DNA of 49,995 bases, counting the filler, from Streblomastix strix (taxonomy: Eukaryota), in NCBI GenBank assembly GCA_008636045.1. It is 3 parts of 3 records of this genome, joined end to end, with 100 filler letters (N's around TTAATTAATTAA, not from the genome) between each part and the next. Parts side by side here need not be neighbours in the genome. Positions count along the whole stretch, not along the records: positions 1 to 16,608 come from SNRW01000787.1; positions 16,709 to 33,303 come from SNRW01000788.1; 1 more part is not named here. One strand, 5' to 3'. This document shows positions 13,730 to 27,448 of the stretch, in pieces (positions within the stretch are counted from its first letter, which is position 1; each line of letters begins with the position of its first letter). Below the pieces are notes generated by a model that was not told where the DNA came from, did not search any database, and saw nothing but the letters and a program-made list of their open reading frames with translations. A program made the position numbers and the translations under genes.

Positions 13730-16608
13730 ATGACATTTTCATAATTCCTCGTTGCTTTTGTTGTCTTTAGCAATATTTTTTCACTGCCGAATTCGGAGTC
13801 TTCACATACACCCACGTCATCTTCCATGCTTCCACTTTAATCAAATACAGAACCATTTTTCAGATCTTCCAACGCTCCGTGCACTTTCGAGATCAGCAGC
13901 CAATATACTGAATATGATAATACTACTTTCACAGCCAAGAACATAACATCCGTTATTTCCGTTTCGTCTAACTTGTGTGCAGATGGATACTTCGCAACAG
14001 TGATTGATGCTTCACATACTGAATTTGTGAATATAACCAGAGATTTGTCTCGACCAATTGTTATCACAGTATGTTTTTATTTACTATATTTTTATAGATA
14101 TTTAAAAATATATATATATTATTAATTTTTTCTGTTATAACTATATATCCAATCCTTAATTCTCTCCAGGGCAATGCCACACAAGACGGGACCAGCATAA
14201 AAACACTGTGGCGCACAAACACAGTTACTGATAGTATAGTGCATCTCGATATGGGCGATTTAACACTGACAAACTTTGACTTCAGTTACATCAAATAGGG
14301 GAATTCGTTGTATCCAGAGAATTGCCTGGTTGATTCGTCTGAGTCAAGAACATATACGAAAAGGCTTAAAGTTACATAGTGTGTTTTCAACGGTTTGGGA
14401 TCAGGAACCGCAGTTCGATCGATACTTATAGGAAATTACCTTGATAATCTATAAATTAAAGAATGCGTTTTCTAAAATGCAGTGATAAATGGTCCTCGTA
14501 GTGCAGTATATTGTATATCAAACAAGACGTAAACAACTTACAGCGTCGAATTATCTAAATTTCAGAACATTCAGATACATTCAGCTTCTGCAACAGCGGT
14601 TCTTTCAATATCAATTATGGGGGATTTAAATATTGCATATGTGAATTAGTGCAACTTCACGAACTGTACTTGCACTGGTCAGAACAGCATATCAGGTGCT
14701 ATTTATCTGTAATCTGGAGTTTTGGGGTTTAATCACAGTTAGGTTATTATAATGAGTTCACTTTTCTTGGATAACTATGGGCAAGAAACTGGAGCGATTT
14801 ATGCAACAGGACTTCCATTAGTAAACTCTTTCAAAACAAATGGCTTTTCTGGGAATAAGAAAAATGGATCTGACCAAAAAAGTTGTGATTCTGTTCTACT
14901 TTGGACAAACTACAGCGTGAATTAAACTTTAGATGTTGCTAGAGATAAAGTAAGTAAATTGTTTGAACCAAGTTAATCGACGAGCAATTTTAGTGTATTT
15001 TTCAGATTTGTTATTAATAGTGCTACTGATGCTGAAGGGTACGTTAATATCAATCCTTCAATTGAGTTATGCAAATCAAAACTGCTTATTAATAGTAATT
15101 GTATGTGCGATCCATATTCTACTGCATATCCTGTTGATCAATGTTTAAAAGATAAAATTTGTGTTGTAGATCTAATTAATTAGACTAATGCAACCTGTCC
15201 ATGTTTGAGCACAGGTGATCCAAGAGCTGGAAAAGGATAATGTCCAGCATACTGTGTTAAAGGAAATCTAACATAAAATTGTGTATGCGATACAAATATA
15301 ACTAATTACACAGTTTAATAATGTTAATAGGAGAAGTTATGCACATTCAATTTGTCTAATCAAACAAACACCACCTGCCCCTGTTTAAATACATCTGATC
15401 CAAGAGCTGGTAAAGGATAATGTCCAGCATATTGTGTTAAAGGCAAAGTAACTCCAGATTGTGTATGTGATACAAACCTTACTGGTTATACATATTAGCA
15501 ATGTCAAACTGAGAAGAAATGTATAACAGATTTGATTAATCAGAATAATTTGTCTTGTCCATGTTTGTCAACTGGTGATCCTCGAGCTGGTAAAGGTACT
15601 TGTCCTGCTTATTGCACAGCTAAAGATAAACCAACTACCGATTGTGTTTGTGATTCAGGTCCAAATGCAAGTTATCCTTATTCTACATGTTAATCGAATA
15701 AGATATGCACTGAAAGTTCAAATTCAACAGTTACAAAAGATTCATGCACATGTTCAAGAACAAATTATCCTACAGGATGCAAGTGTCCAACAGATTCATC
15801 ATAATTAACTGGTATTCCATAAAACAGATGTGAATGTCTAAAAACTGGTGATCCCAGAGCAAATGGAATCTGTCCTGCTTATTGTATTAAAGGATAAGTT
15901 AATGCAAGCTGTGAATGTGACACAAACTCATCATCATTTCCTTTATCCAGTTGTCAAACTGAGAAGAAATGTATAACAGATTTGATTAATTAGAATAATA
16001 TAACTTGCCCATGTTTGAGCACTGGCGATCCAAGAGCTGGATAAGGTCAATGTCCAGCATACTGTATTATAGGATAAGTGACTGCAAATTGTACATGCAA
16101 TACAAATACATCAGGTTATACTGTTGATCAATGCCAGAAAGAGAAGTTATGTATTATAGATCTAGTTAATTAACCAAATACAACGTGTCAATGCCTTCCT
16201 ACTGGAGATCCAAGAGCTGGAAAAGGATAATGTCCAGCATACTGTGTTAAAGATCAAGTTAATTAATCATGTGTGTGTGATACAAATATACCAGGTTATA
16301 CATAAGCACAATGTCAGATCGAATACTAATGCAAATATAACTTAGCTAGTCAAACAAATGCAACTTGCCCATGTTTATCTACTGGTGATCCTAGAGCTGG
16401 ATATGGATAATGTCCAGCTTATTGCGTAGCAAAAGATTAACCAAGTTAAAGTTGTGTTTGTGATTCAAATCCAGGTGCATAATATCCTCCATCTTCATGT
16501 TAATCAGAAAAGAAATGCAATGTTAGTTCAAGTTCAACAGTTACAAAAGATTCATGCACATGTTCTGGATCAAATCATCCAACTGGTTGTAGATGTCCAT
16601 CTGAGACT
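13730..16608 (+). CDS. Secreted/surface protein: signal peptide, beta-helix-like region (GAIY, FxNC) and Cys-rich GDPRAG repeats; 3'-truncated by contig end
   Basis: MTFSQFLVAFVVFSNIFSLP...; intron 14069-14169 (GT..AG); motifs SGAIYLQ, TGAIYAT and CNFTNCTC; then repeated CPCLSTGDPRAGKGQCPAYC...CVCD. Confidence 0.85.
15090..16608 (+). repeat. ~180-bp (60-aa) Cys-rich coding tandem repeat
   Basis: GDPRAG-encoding motif at ~15214, 15394, 15574, 15847, 16024, 16204 and 16384. Confidence 0.9.
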
Positions 16609-16708
16609 NNNNNNNNNNNNNNNNNNNNNNNNNNNNNNNNNNNNNNNNNNNNTTAATTAATTAANNNNNNNNNNNNNNNNNNNNNNNNNNNNNNNNNNNN
16701 NNNNNNNN
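16609..16708. other. Artificial contig linker
   Basis: N44 + TTAATTAATTAA + N44 (100 bp), identical to 33304-33403. Confidence 0.97.
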
Positions 16709-19700
16709 TTCTTTTATTATTTCTTCTGGTTTTTAATCATCTTCTGGATCTTTTTCTGTTGGATCAAGAATATCAGGATCAGTTGGATTAATTTCTATTT
16801 ACTTACAAACTTATTCACCTCTTGGATCATCAACTTCTAGACATGGACAATTAGAAGTTGATTAATGAATTAAATCAACAATGCATAATTTATCTCTCTC
16901 ACATGTTGCTTGTGGGTATGAAGATCCCAATTCACACATACAATCAATAGTGAGTTCAACTTTTGAAATGCAATATGATGGGCAAATGTCGCCAGCTCTT
17001 GGATCACCTTTCATCAAACATGGACAGTCAGCTTTAGATTGATGTATTAAATCTATGATACATTTTTTATCTTTCTCACAAGATTCATATGGATAAGATG
17101 AAGATCCTGTATCACAAATACAATTTACATTTGTTTATCCTCTCACACAATATGTTGGACAAGCACCACCAGCTCTTGGATCTTAAGTTGTTCTGCAATC
17201 ACATATTGATTATGGAATTCCAATTAACTGTGATGAATTTGTTGGACACTTGCAACCATATGGATAATTTGATTCAATGCATGAACATGAATCTTATGGT
17301 ACTGAAGAGCCTGATTATGCAGTACATTTCTTATCTGATTAACACAACTAAGGAGGATATTATACATTTGGATTCAAATCACAAACACAAGAAGATGTTG
17401 GAATATCTGGTCCTATACAATATGCTGGGCAGGTGGTTCCTGCTCTGGGATCTGAAATATTACTACACTGACATTGAGATGTTGGAATATTAATCAATTA
17501 GGATGAATCAGTTGGACACTTGCAACCAGAAGGATAATTTGTTCCTGAACATGTGCATGAATCAGTTGGAACTGTAGAACTTGAACTTGCAGTACATTTC
17601 TTATCAGATTGACAAGTTTAAAGAGGATATTATGCATTTGGATTTGAATCACAAGCACAATTTGCATTTGGTGTATCTTTAGCTGTACAATAAGCTGGAC
17701 AGGTGTTTCCAGCTCTTGGATCACCAGTTGGCAAACATGGACAATCAGATGCAGATTAATGTACTAAATCCGTTGCACACAACATATCTTTCTGACATTA
17801 AGCCAATGGGAAAATAGTTGAATTTGTATCACAAACACAATTTATAGATACATAACCTTTCATGCAATATACAGGACAAAAACTACCATTTCTTGGATCA
17901 CCTGTTGATTAACATGGACAGTAAGATATATTCTGATGAATTATATCGTATGTGCATAATTTATCTTTCTCACAATCTGAAGAAGGATAAGATGTAGAAT
18001 TGGGATCACAAACACAATCAGATGTTAGTTCAGCTTTTGATTTACAATATGATGGACAAGTAGTACCAGCTCTTGGATCTTCTTCTGAAAGACATTAACA
18101 TTATGATATTGGTGTATCTTTAGTGATTGAGCTGCATGGATCTGAAATTATTATTGAACTAAGGTCATAATCAATTAATGGTTTTCTTCCAAGTTCTGAA
18201 TCAGCTCCAAATTCAGTTCCATAAATTGCATTAGTTTTGTTATATGAAGGTGAATTAATATTAATAAGGATACGCTATTATATATTCATTGATATGATAT
18301 TCCAACAATAAATGAATATATCTCGACCAAACAATTATGCTTTATTATCGATAAATTGAACTTAATTTCCAATAGTGAAATTATTTGTTGAATTTTGAGC
18401 CAGTGAAAGATAAATACTTCCACCTCGTCCTCCGCTGTTTGAACTCTATATTGAATTACATTCTTTGAATTTCACATTTCCATCAATTTTCAGTTAACCA
18501 GATTACACTAACCAAGCATAGATAGCTCCACCTTCTCCTCCAATACAAATACATTTATTAAATTGACAAGTACCTTATATAGTAAGTGATGAACCTGAGT
18601 TGATATATGCATAAATAGCACCTCCTTCTCTTCTGGATTAGCATAAGTCAAATATGCATGCTCCATCAATTGTTACTGATCCTTAATGGATATTTGTATA
18701 GATTAGGCCTCATTCTCCATTATACAAACACTCTGTAAAGTTGCAATTTGCGATCTATACTTTATCAGTTTCAATTTCCAAATTGATGTAAATTACTCCT
18801 CCAACGTAATCTGCAGTATTTTCTAAGCTCTTAAATACAGAATTGGTTAATGTTAATGATCCAGATTGAATGTAGATTACTGGTATAGTAAATTTTGTCA
18901 AATCATATACTTATAGATTATCAATTATTACAAAGTTAGCTTAATAGACAAATATCAATTGTTATTCCAATGATGTTTAATATATTCTTATATTTCTGAA
19001 TTAATTATTTCCTATAGCATAAAAGAGATAGTAATTAGGTAAAACAATACAATTATGAAAGTCTACTTAATTTATTGAGCTATATTCTGGTCCTGGAACG
19101 ATTAACGCTGATCCTAAAATAGTACTATCAGCATATACATTCAAATTTGTTACCGATAAATTTCCACTATAAAGATGAATAAAACCATCTTCTTAGATAA
19201 TAGCACTTTCATTAATAGATAAGTTAATTATTGTCAAGTTTAGCACTTAGCAATCCATAAAAAAATATTGATTAATAATACTACCACCACTAATTGTGAA
19301 ATTGTTGAAGAATGTGTTTCCTCCTATTAAACTAAAGAACCACATATCTCCAATTATTTAACTGCCACCAGTAATTGTCAAGTCATTGAATATATTAATA
19401 CCTCCCCAACCTAAAATGAAAGACTGTTATTCAATAATCTATCCAGATATAGTGAGATTTGCAATTGTTAAATTGCCTTCATCATGCTTAAATATTAATT
19501 TTTGTTTGATTGAACCACCAGTAACAAAGCAATTATAGATCTCAACTTTGGTCTAATCTCCTTATGAAATAATAGCTGCTTCAGCAATTCCTGTTAATTT
19601 CAAGTTAAGAGATTCAATGAAGAATGTTCCAGCATGAATAAATATATAAGAATTGCACATTAAATCTTTTCTGGTATCTTAATATGATGTTATTCCATGA

Positions 19701-19975
19701 ACAGTTCCTTCTTTTCCTATAGTTGCTTAATCATTAACTGTGAATTAGTCAATAATGCAAATTGTGAAATTATAATTTGAAGAAGGTGATGTATATTCAT
19801 AAGGATACTTCTAAGATAGTGTTTTACAGGGAGTTGAAGGATTGTCAATACAATTAGTACTATCAGCAGGATTTCCATTGTCATCTACGTAAATGTTAAC
19901 AGAAGCAGCTTGTAAGGAATTGATAGATGCAACTAATACCAGAAGAACAGTAACAAGATTCTATTAGTTACTCAT
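16709..19975 (-). CDS. Surface protein of the same beta-helix + Cys-rich GDPRAG family; 3'-truncated
   Basis: MSNQQNLVTVLLVLVASINSLQAASVNIYVDDNG... (signal peptide); EGGAIYAYI, GEGGAIYAWL and GGRGGSIYLSL; DPRAG..CPxYC..CVCD repeats at ~16800-18150. Open with TAR=Gln. Confidence 0.85.
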
Positions 19976-20099
19976 TATTGATGCTTATATCTTGGATTTA
20001 CTGGCCAAATTCTTATTAATAGAATATATATGAGTAATGTATGCTTCTAAAAATGTTCTAAAAAGAACGAGAATCAGTATAATCCAGAAATTACTAATG

Positions 20100-20863
20100 A
20101 ATTAATGAAAAGAATTCAACGGAGCTGTCTTATATTCAGTATTTGATTGATAATGGTTGCAACGAGTCGCAAAAATAACTTTGTGAAAATTTATGCTTTG
20201 ATGCTAAAGTAAATTCATCGTGTTAGGCCGAGATGAGTCATTTTCTGTTCCAGCACAAAAAACGGCGTAAGAAGATGTTTACGAAGGAAATTGATTCAAA
20301 TATATTTATGCCCTCATATATACAAGTATAAATATACAAACAAGGAACATTTATCTGTCCTTGAGCACTCTGTATTAGTCAACCAAATAAATTAGAAAGA
20401 TTGGATTAATCCATTTGAGAAAAGAAAAAGATAAGAAGTTTTGATATATATTATTGATTAAAAAGGATATGTTGATGATAAATAAAAATATAAAATAGAA
20501 AAATAATTTAGTGATTAAGAAGATAAAATCAAAATTGAATAAGAATCTGAATGGTATTTGCTATTATGTGGTGAAAGTTATGATTTTATTGATCAATAAT
20601 TGGAAAATGCAATTGGTGAAGAACTTTAATAACAGAATAACAGAACAACAACAGCTCCTTCATCACAAATGATTCCATCTTCATCAGGACATTTTTTAAC
20701 AAAAGGAATACTCTAAGTCAATTTGTATAGAGGTTATTTTTAATTTAATTTGTATTCATACATGCATATAAAAAATTTTTTTAGAATTAAAACTACATTA
20801 AAAAATACAAATTGTACTAGTTAATATGAAATTAACACTTAATACTCAAAAATGAAAAATTGA
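20100..20863 (+). pseudogene. Degenerate hypothetical gene fragment divergent from the surface-protein gene
   Basis: Open stretch ...NQKDWINPFEKRKRQEVLIYIIDQKGY...EWYLLLCGESYDFIDQ. The 5' part is frame-disrupted and is duplicated inverted at ~23840-24200. Confidence 0.35.
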
Positions 20864-20879
20864 AAAAAACTCATTGATA

Positions 20880-21719
20880 TCACCATGGCTTTGGATTGTT
20901 CCTGTCATTGTAGAAGTTCAAAATCTCTCTTTTGGCTTCTAATGCCCTATTTTTGACATCCCATTGATATCTTTTATTAATTAATTACGATTCAATTTCT
21001 TCATTTCCTCCTTCTTCTTCTATCTGTTCTTCACATAACTTGGTAAGTAATGGTTGAAGTGGGAAGGATGGAAATAAAAAGTCTAATCTTCCTTGATGAA
21101 GTTAATAGAAGTATTCATTCATGTTATACATTTCCAAATATAATTAAATTTCTTATTATTCTTTGGAGAATAAGTTATGGAAGATTAGATTTAGATTCAA
21201 GAATTGGGAAGATTTGACAGAATTGAATTAATGAAGTGTTTAATAGGGTAAGAATATTAAATATTACATTTGGTTGATATGTAAGTGCACTCAATCCATT
21301 TATTGAATCAGAAGATTTAGAATCTTTATTAGAAGAAGAAAATATCTCTCCAAACTTCTTCAGAGTTTATATTAATTATTAAATTAATGATTTTAGAGTA
21401 TCAGTATATCCTATAAGTGATGGAAGGATTATATCATTGATTACTGTGGAAGATGGATTAAAATCTGGTTTAAATGCGAGTTCAGCCAATCCTGATAGGG
21501 CAGGAATTGCATTTTGTATTTCACTGAACAAAAAAAAAAAATAAAATAAATATTAAGTGATAAGGATATATGATTGAAATACTCAATGGATTTCTAGCTG
21601 AGACCAGAAAGAAGAGTTTAAAAACGTTGAGGTGCTTTCATAGGTGGTGCATTCGGTTTTGTGAAATGCTGAGCGATTGTGATTGCAAGATTCACAAATT
21701 CTTTAACAGAAGAAGTCAT
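20880..21719 (-). CDS. Hypothetical protein of expanded 'EQIEEEGG' family (5' end uncertain)
   Basis: ...YFYQLHQGRLDFLFPSFPLQPLLTKLCEEQIEEEGGNEEIESQLINKRYQWDVKNRALEAKREILNFYNDRNNPKPW*; intron at ~21525-21582. Confidence 0.65.
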
Positions 21720-22810
21720 AAGCTGCTATATATTTTAAATAAAAAATCAATAAATGTTTAATTTAAAAAGAAATGTATAATTTAACACCTGAATAATAAA
21801 TAGAGTTCAAGTTATAAACAGATTTTTTAATTTGAAATAAAATTGAATTACTTGGATTTTTAAAGTTCTAAAATATTATAATTTAGATAGAAAATGATTA
21901 TAAAATATAATTAAATATAAATTAAATTTAAATTAAAGTATTTAAAAATGTTTATGATTCAGAATTCATGATGCAAGTTTTAATGTATAATCTCTGGTTA
22001 AATATAGGAATGTAAATCACAAATTTAATTTTAAAATTGTATAAATAGTTCAAAATTTCAAATAAATAAATAAAAAATGTTGTTCTAACAACAAAAACAT
22101 AAATTAAATTCAATTTATCTCCCAATCTCATTGTGACATATTCAATAAGCTTCATATATTGCATGTAAACAATATTTTGTATAAATTTATTATTTATATT
22201 AAATAAGTCCAAAATAACCAAGAATTCGACAAGTATTCGTTTTGAACACCTATATTTGATATAATATTGAGTGAATTTGTGATTATTAAATGACAAATTA
22301 TTATATAAACCGAATTATAACCTGTAAATTCTATTATATCCAATAGAATACCAACTAAATATTAAAATTTAAAACTTGAACGACTTCTGATTTAATATTT
22401 ATTTAATTTGGTTTTCTTACATTTTAATATTATATATTAATATTATTTCAACTATTTTGTTAACATTTATTATCATTCATACAATAGTTTATGCTCATAA
22501 CAGAATTTTCTAAATTTCTCATAATTCTAGATTATTATGCTTAATATTTCTTATTACGATTTATGTTTTATTGTTCAAGATTTGTGTTTAGATGTAATTA
22601 CGGAATATCTTATAAAATTCAATAAATATTTAATATGACATTCTATATTTCGTTTTTAGGACAAAAAACATCTTTTTTAGAAATTTGCAAATATTATTTT
22701 GAATTAATTATATTAAACTAATTATTAATTTATTACTTTTATTTACAATTTTTTATTTAACATACATTATTGAACCATAAAATCCTACAGTAATAAATAC
22801 AAACATTTAA

Positions 22811-23638
22811 ATGAGTAACAGAAAAATAAGTATTTTTTCTTTTATCTTTATTTTATTATTTATTTTGTTTCATTAATTAAATTCTCCTATTGTAATAATT
22901 ATATTGACATCAGTTCCAAATAAACAATAAAATCAAATAGAATAAAATATCTTAGATGCTACATAAATCATAATTTCATTTGCTTCTTTAGATGATCATA
23001 ATAAGAAAATAAAATAATATTAATAATAAAATTAATAAAAATCACAATCATCCATTTCTCCATCAAATATTTCTTATTCTATTGATCTCATTAAGAATTA
23101 AATCAATAATAATAAATGCAAAGAAATAATACAAATACCTGATCTACTTTGTTCACTTATTAAATTATACAGAAACGAAATTAATATACATACTAACGGG
23201 AACGAAGATAAATATTCCTTTCGTTTTAGAAATAAATGCAGAGGATGTCTTAATTCCATTCATTGTCATGGTGATATACAAATATAAACAGAATTAGCAA
23301 CTCATGGATATGTTGGAGTATTGACCATGTCTGTTAGTTAAGCTGGAGGGAGTGGAGAATAAAAAGATGATGAAAAATATATTGGATTGAATTACATCTT
23401 CGAATTCCTCAGTTAACTTCTTCATGGGAAAAATAATTAATCTATATTATCATCTAAACTCGCTCTGTTTAAAATAAGCATGGAGTAAATAGAAGAAGGA
23501 GGAGGAATTGAATCATAATTAATTAGTAAAAGTTAATATAATTATATCATGAATAGGTCAACAGAAATATAAAGAAAGATTTTGAACTTCTACATAGACG
23601 TGAGAAGTCCAAGGCAATGGTGGTATTGGTATTTTTGA
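22811..23638 (+). CDS. Hypothetical protein of expanded 'EQIEEEGG' family
   Basis: ATG 22811; intron ~22830-22912; ...CRGCLNSIHCHGD...SQAGGSGEQKDDEKYIGL...MEQIEEGGGIESQLISK...RKILNFYIDVRSPRQWWYWYF*TGA. Paralogous to the C-terminus of 20880-21719. Confidence 0.7.
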
Positions 23639-24306
23639 ATTTGACTTATTTCACGTAATATTGCCTTGAGTAACCAATAAAGTTTACTATTGAAGTACAT
23701 TAAAAGTAATATCAATTTTAACAATGAGTTTATTAAGTAATTTTTTTATAATAAAAATTCATGATTATACAAATAAAAAATTATTCTATTTTTTATTTTA
23801 TTTATCATAAATATTTCATTTATAATCAATAATATACTTTAACATTTCTTATCTCTTTCTTTTCTCAAATGGATTAATCCAATCTTTCTAATTTATTTGG
23901 TTGACTAATACATGGTGCTCAAGGACTGATAAATTTTCCTTATTTACTTATTTATACTTGTATATGTGAGTTCATAAATATACTTGAATCAATCTCCTTC
24001 ATAAACATCTTCTTACGCTGTTTTTGGAGTTGGAATAGAAAACAGTTCATCTCGGCCTAACACTATGAATTTACTTTAGCTTCAAAGCATAAAATTTAAC
24101 AAAGTTATTTTTATACCTCGTTGCAACCACTATCAATTGAATACTGAATATAGACAGCGCAATCGCATTCTACTCATTAATTTTCAAGTAATTTCTGGAT
24201 AGTACTGATAATTGCTCTTCTTCAAACATTTATAGAAGCATACATTACTCATATATATTCTGGTAATAATAATTTAACCAGTAAATCAAAGATATATTCA
24301 TCAATA

Positions 24307-26250
24307 ATGAGTAACTAATAGAATCTGGTAACTGTTCTTCTGATTTTAGTTGCTTCTATCAATTCTTTGCATGCTTAATTTGTTAATATTCATGCAAATG
24401 ATAATGTAAACTCTATTGATGGAACTAATTGTATATCTTCAGCAATTCAATCAAAAAAAATTAAAGATGAAATAATTGATAATTATAAAATTCGCCCTCA
24501 AATTACTTCTTAGAATTTCCCTCAAATCTTAGACGGAAATACTGAATGTATTTATTAAGGATAAAATCAGAAAGAGAATCGATGCTAAATTCCAATATTA
24601 AATTCATTTCATCATATTGAACAAGTTCATCATATCAATAATAAACTTATAATGGTTAATAATTTCATAGTTATTATTATTCTCCATATAATATCATTAA
24701 ATTCCATATAACAAATAATCTCACAAAATAAAATGAAAACAAAATAAATCAATAAACTTAACAAAAATTAGATTAATTACTTACTGATAATTCAAATCCT
24801 TCGAGTATATATTTCTTTTGTTGGTATATTTGAATCCTCAGCTACAACATTTTTCTTTCAAAACTAAAATTATGTAGATTAGCCAGTAAGGAACATTACA
24901 GTAAATGAATCAGGAGATGAATATATTGAATGAAATTACCAATTTAATAAATGTATTTGTACAAGTGGGAATCGTGGAGCGATCTATATAAGACTCAATT
25001 AATCTGGCCAATTGAAAATTGTTGGAAATTTACTATTCAAAGAATATAATGCAATATAAAGTTCAAACAGCGGAGGATGAGATGGAAGCATTTATCTTTC
25101 ATTAACTCAATATTCAACAAATAATTTTACTATCAGTATCACTATTTCTTTTGTCGATAACAAAGCATAATTATTTGGAAGGATATATTCATTTATTGTT
25201 GGAATATCATATCAATAAATGTATAATAGCGTATCCTTATTAATATTAATTCTCCTTCATATAACAAAACTAATGCAATTTATGGAACTGAATTTGGAGC
25301 TAAATCAGAACTTGGAAGAAAACCATTTATTGATTAAGATCTAGGTTCGATATTAATTTCTGATCCATGCTGTTCAATCACTAACGATACATCAATATCA
25401 TAATGTTAATGTCTTTCAGAAGAAGATCCAAGAGCTGGTACTGCTTGTATATCATATTGAAAATCAAAATCAGAACTAACATCTGATTGTATTTGTGATT
25501 CAAATTCTTCATCTTATCCTTCTTCAGATTGTGAGAAAGATAAATTTTGCACATTCAATTTAACTAATTAATCTAATGCAACATGTCCATGTTAATCAAC
25601 AGGTGATCCAAGAAATGGTAGTTTTTGTCTTGTATACTGCATGAAAGGTTAGATATCTATAAATTGTGTTTGTGATACAAATTCAACTATTTTCCCATTG
25701 GCTTAATATCAGAAAGATATGTTGTGTATAACGGATTTGGAACATTAATCAGCATCTGAATGTCCAAGTTTGTGTACTGGTGATCCAAGAGCTGGAAACA
25801 TCTGTCCATCATATTGTACAGCTAAACATACACCAAATGCAAATTTTGCTTGCGATTCAAATCCAAATGCATAATATTTTCCATCTTAATGTCAATCTGA
25901 TAAGAAATGTACTGCAAGTTCAAGTTCTACAGTTCCAACTGATTTATGCATATTTTCAGAAATAAATTATCCTTATGGTTGCAATTGTCCAATAGATTCA
26001 TCACAATTAAGTGGTATCCCATCTTCCAGATGTGAAAGTCGAACAATTGGAGATCCCAGAGCAAATCGGATTTGTTCAGATTAATGTACAAAAGGATAAG
26101 TTACATCTAATTGTATATATAATTCAAATTCATCAGACTTTCCTATTACTCAATGTTAAAAAGAAAAATTATGTATAGCAGGTTTAATCAATCAAACTAC
26201 AGATAATTTTCATCTAGATGAATGCTATTATAACTATGTATCACCAAGCT
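24307..26250 (+). pseudogene. Decayed inverted duplicate of the 16709-19975 surface-protein gene
   Basis: Same start MSNQQNL(V)TVLL. CGA>TGA in GGRGG (~25078) and TGT>TGA in CPSYC (~25458); frameshifts; middle replaced by unrelated sequence at ~24450-24900. Confidence 0.85.
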
Positions 26251-26754
26251 AATATTTTTATTTCTTTATTTTATTGGATTGTGCATATACGAGTACTATA
26301 TTGATAATCTGGTACAATTACTATCCCATTTTTGTTTTTTTCACCTTTTTTTTTACTAAATTCTTTTTACAGCTCCTAGAATTTGCAGTTTTCCAAGTTT
26401 TGAACATAATTTTGAAATAAAAACTTATAATTAAAATAAAAAAAAAAAAAAAAAGGAAACCCGATACTAATGATACGAATTATGAATTTGTATTTAATAA
26501 ATTTAAGCAAGAAATGGAAAAATTTCTTACCGGTAACAACTTGTGTAACTTTGAAGACATCGTTAAAATGATCGATACAATAACACAACCATCGTTATTT
26601 TTATAACTACCGTTTCAATCTCGCCATCCGAAGCACCTCATATCACGAATTTAAACCTAATATTATTATGGTTACTCTATTAATATTTTTTTTCAAAATA
26701 AAAAACATTATATTTTTTTTTTATTTAATAATCTTTATTTTATTATTGTATATT

Positions 26755-26922
26755 GCCGGTGGATCAAGCGGCGAGAGCGACTAGCGGGTCTATTGGAGTG
26801 TATTCAACTTTGCGGAGTACATTCACAATCTACGCAATGGCAAACACGAGAAGTATGATGATATATTCCAACACCGTCTCAGACCTCAACCTCACCTTCG
26901 TAAAACAACAGAAGAAACTAAA
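26755..26922 (+). pseudogene. Exon or fragment of 'EQIEEEGG' family gene
   Basis: AGGSSGESDQRVYWSVFNFAEYIHNLRNGK...PQPHLRKTTEET resembles AGGSGEQKDDEKYIGLNYIFEFLSQLLHGK of 22811-23638. Confidence 0.5.
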
Positions 26923-26974
26923 TGTAAATTAAATATTTCATTGAATTTTCTATTTTTTTGTCAAAATAAATTAT

Positions 26975-27448
26975 AATTATTTTTATATTTATTATTACAA
27001 ATTTATAAATTTAAATGTTTAAAATTGTTTCATTTCAAATTTTATAAATATTAAAATATTTTTTTTAATTTAATTTTAAAAATTTAATTTATAAAATTTT
27101 AAAATTAATTTACTTAACTTTGAAAACAATTTATTTAATTTTAATTTTTTTATAAATAATTAACATGTGTTACATTAAATTAAAAATTGTACATTTGAAA
27201 ACTTTATTTTATGTATTAATTACAGTTACAAATCTAATTATATAAGTTTTATAGCTTATTAGTTTTAAATAAATTTTTCATAATTTATAATAGTAATCAA
27301 CTTTTTACTAAAAATTACTCTAATAGATTAATACGATAGTAATAAATTATAATTATTTTTTTATATTTATTAATATTTATGTATAAATTTTAATGTTTAA
27401 AGTTGCTTTATTTTATATTTGATGAAAATTAAAATATTTTTTTTAATT
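26975..27448. repeat. Imperfect ~95-bp AT-rich direct repeat (26975-27070 and ~27352-27448)
   Basis: attatttttatatttatta...tataaattt(a/t)aatgtttaaa.ttg.tt.attt...attaaaatattttttttaattt occurs twice. Confidence 0.5.

Noticed and set aside
16609..16708. TTAATTAATTAA palindrome within N-runs (also 33304-33403)
   Set aside because: Identical 100-bp artificial contig linker; no biological adjacency should be inferred across it.
15575..17724. Supplied ORFs such as 15575-15808, 17089-17493, 17494-17724, 44618-44986 and 47994-48233
   Set aside because: Off-frame or antisense shadows of the true table-6 genes.
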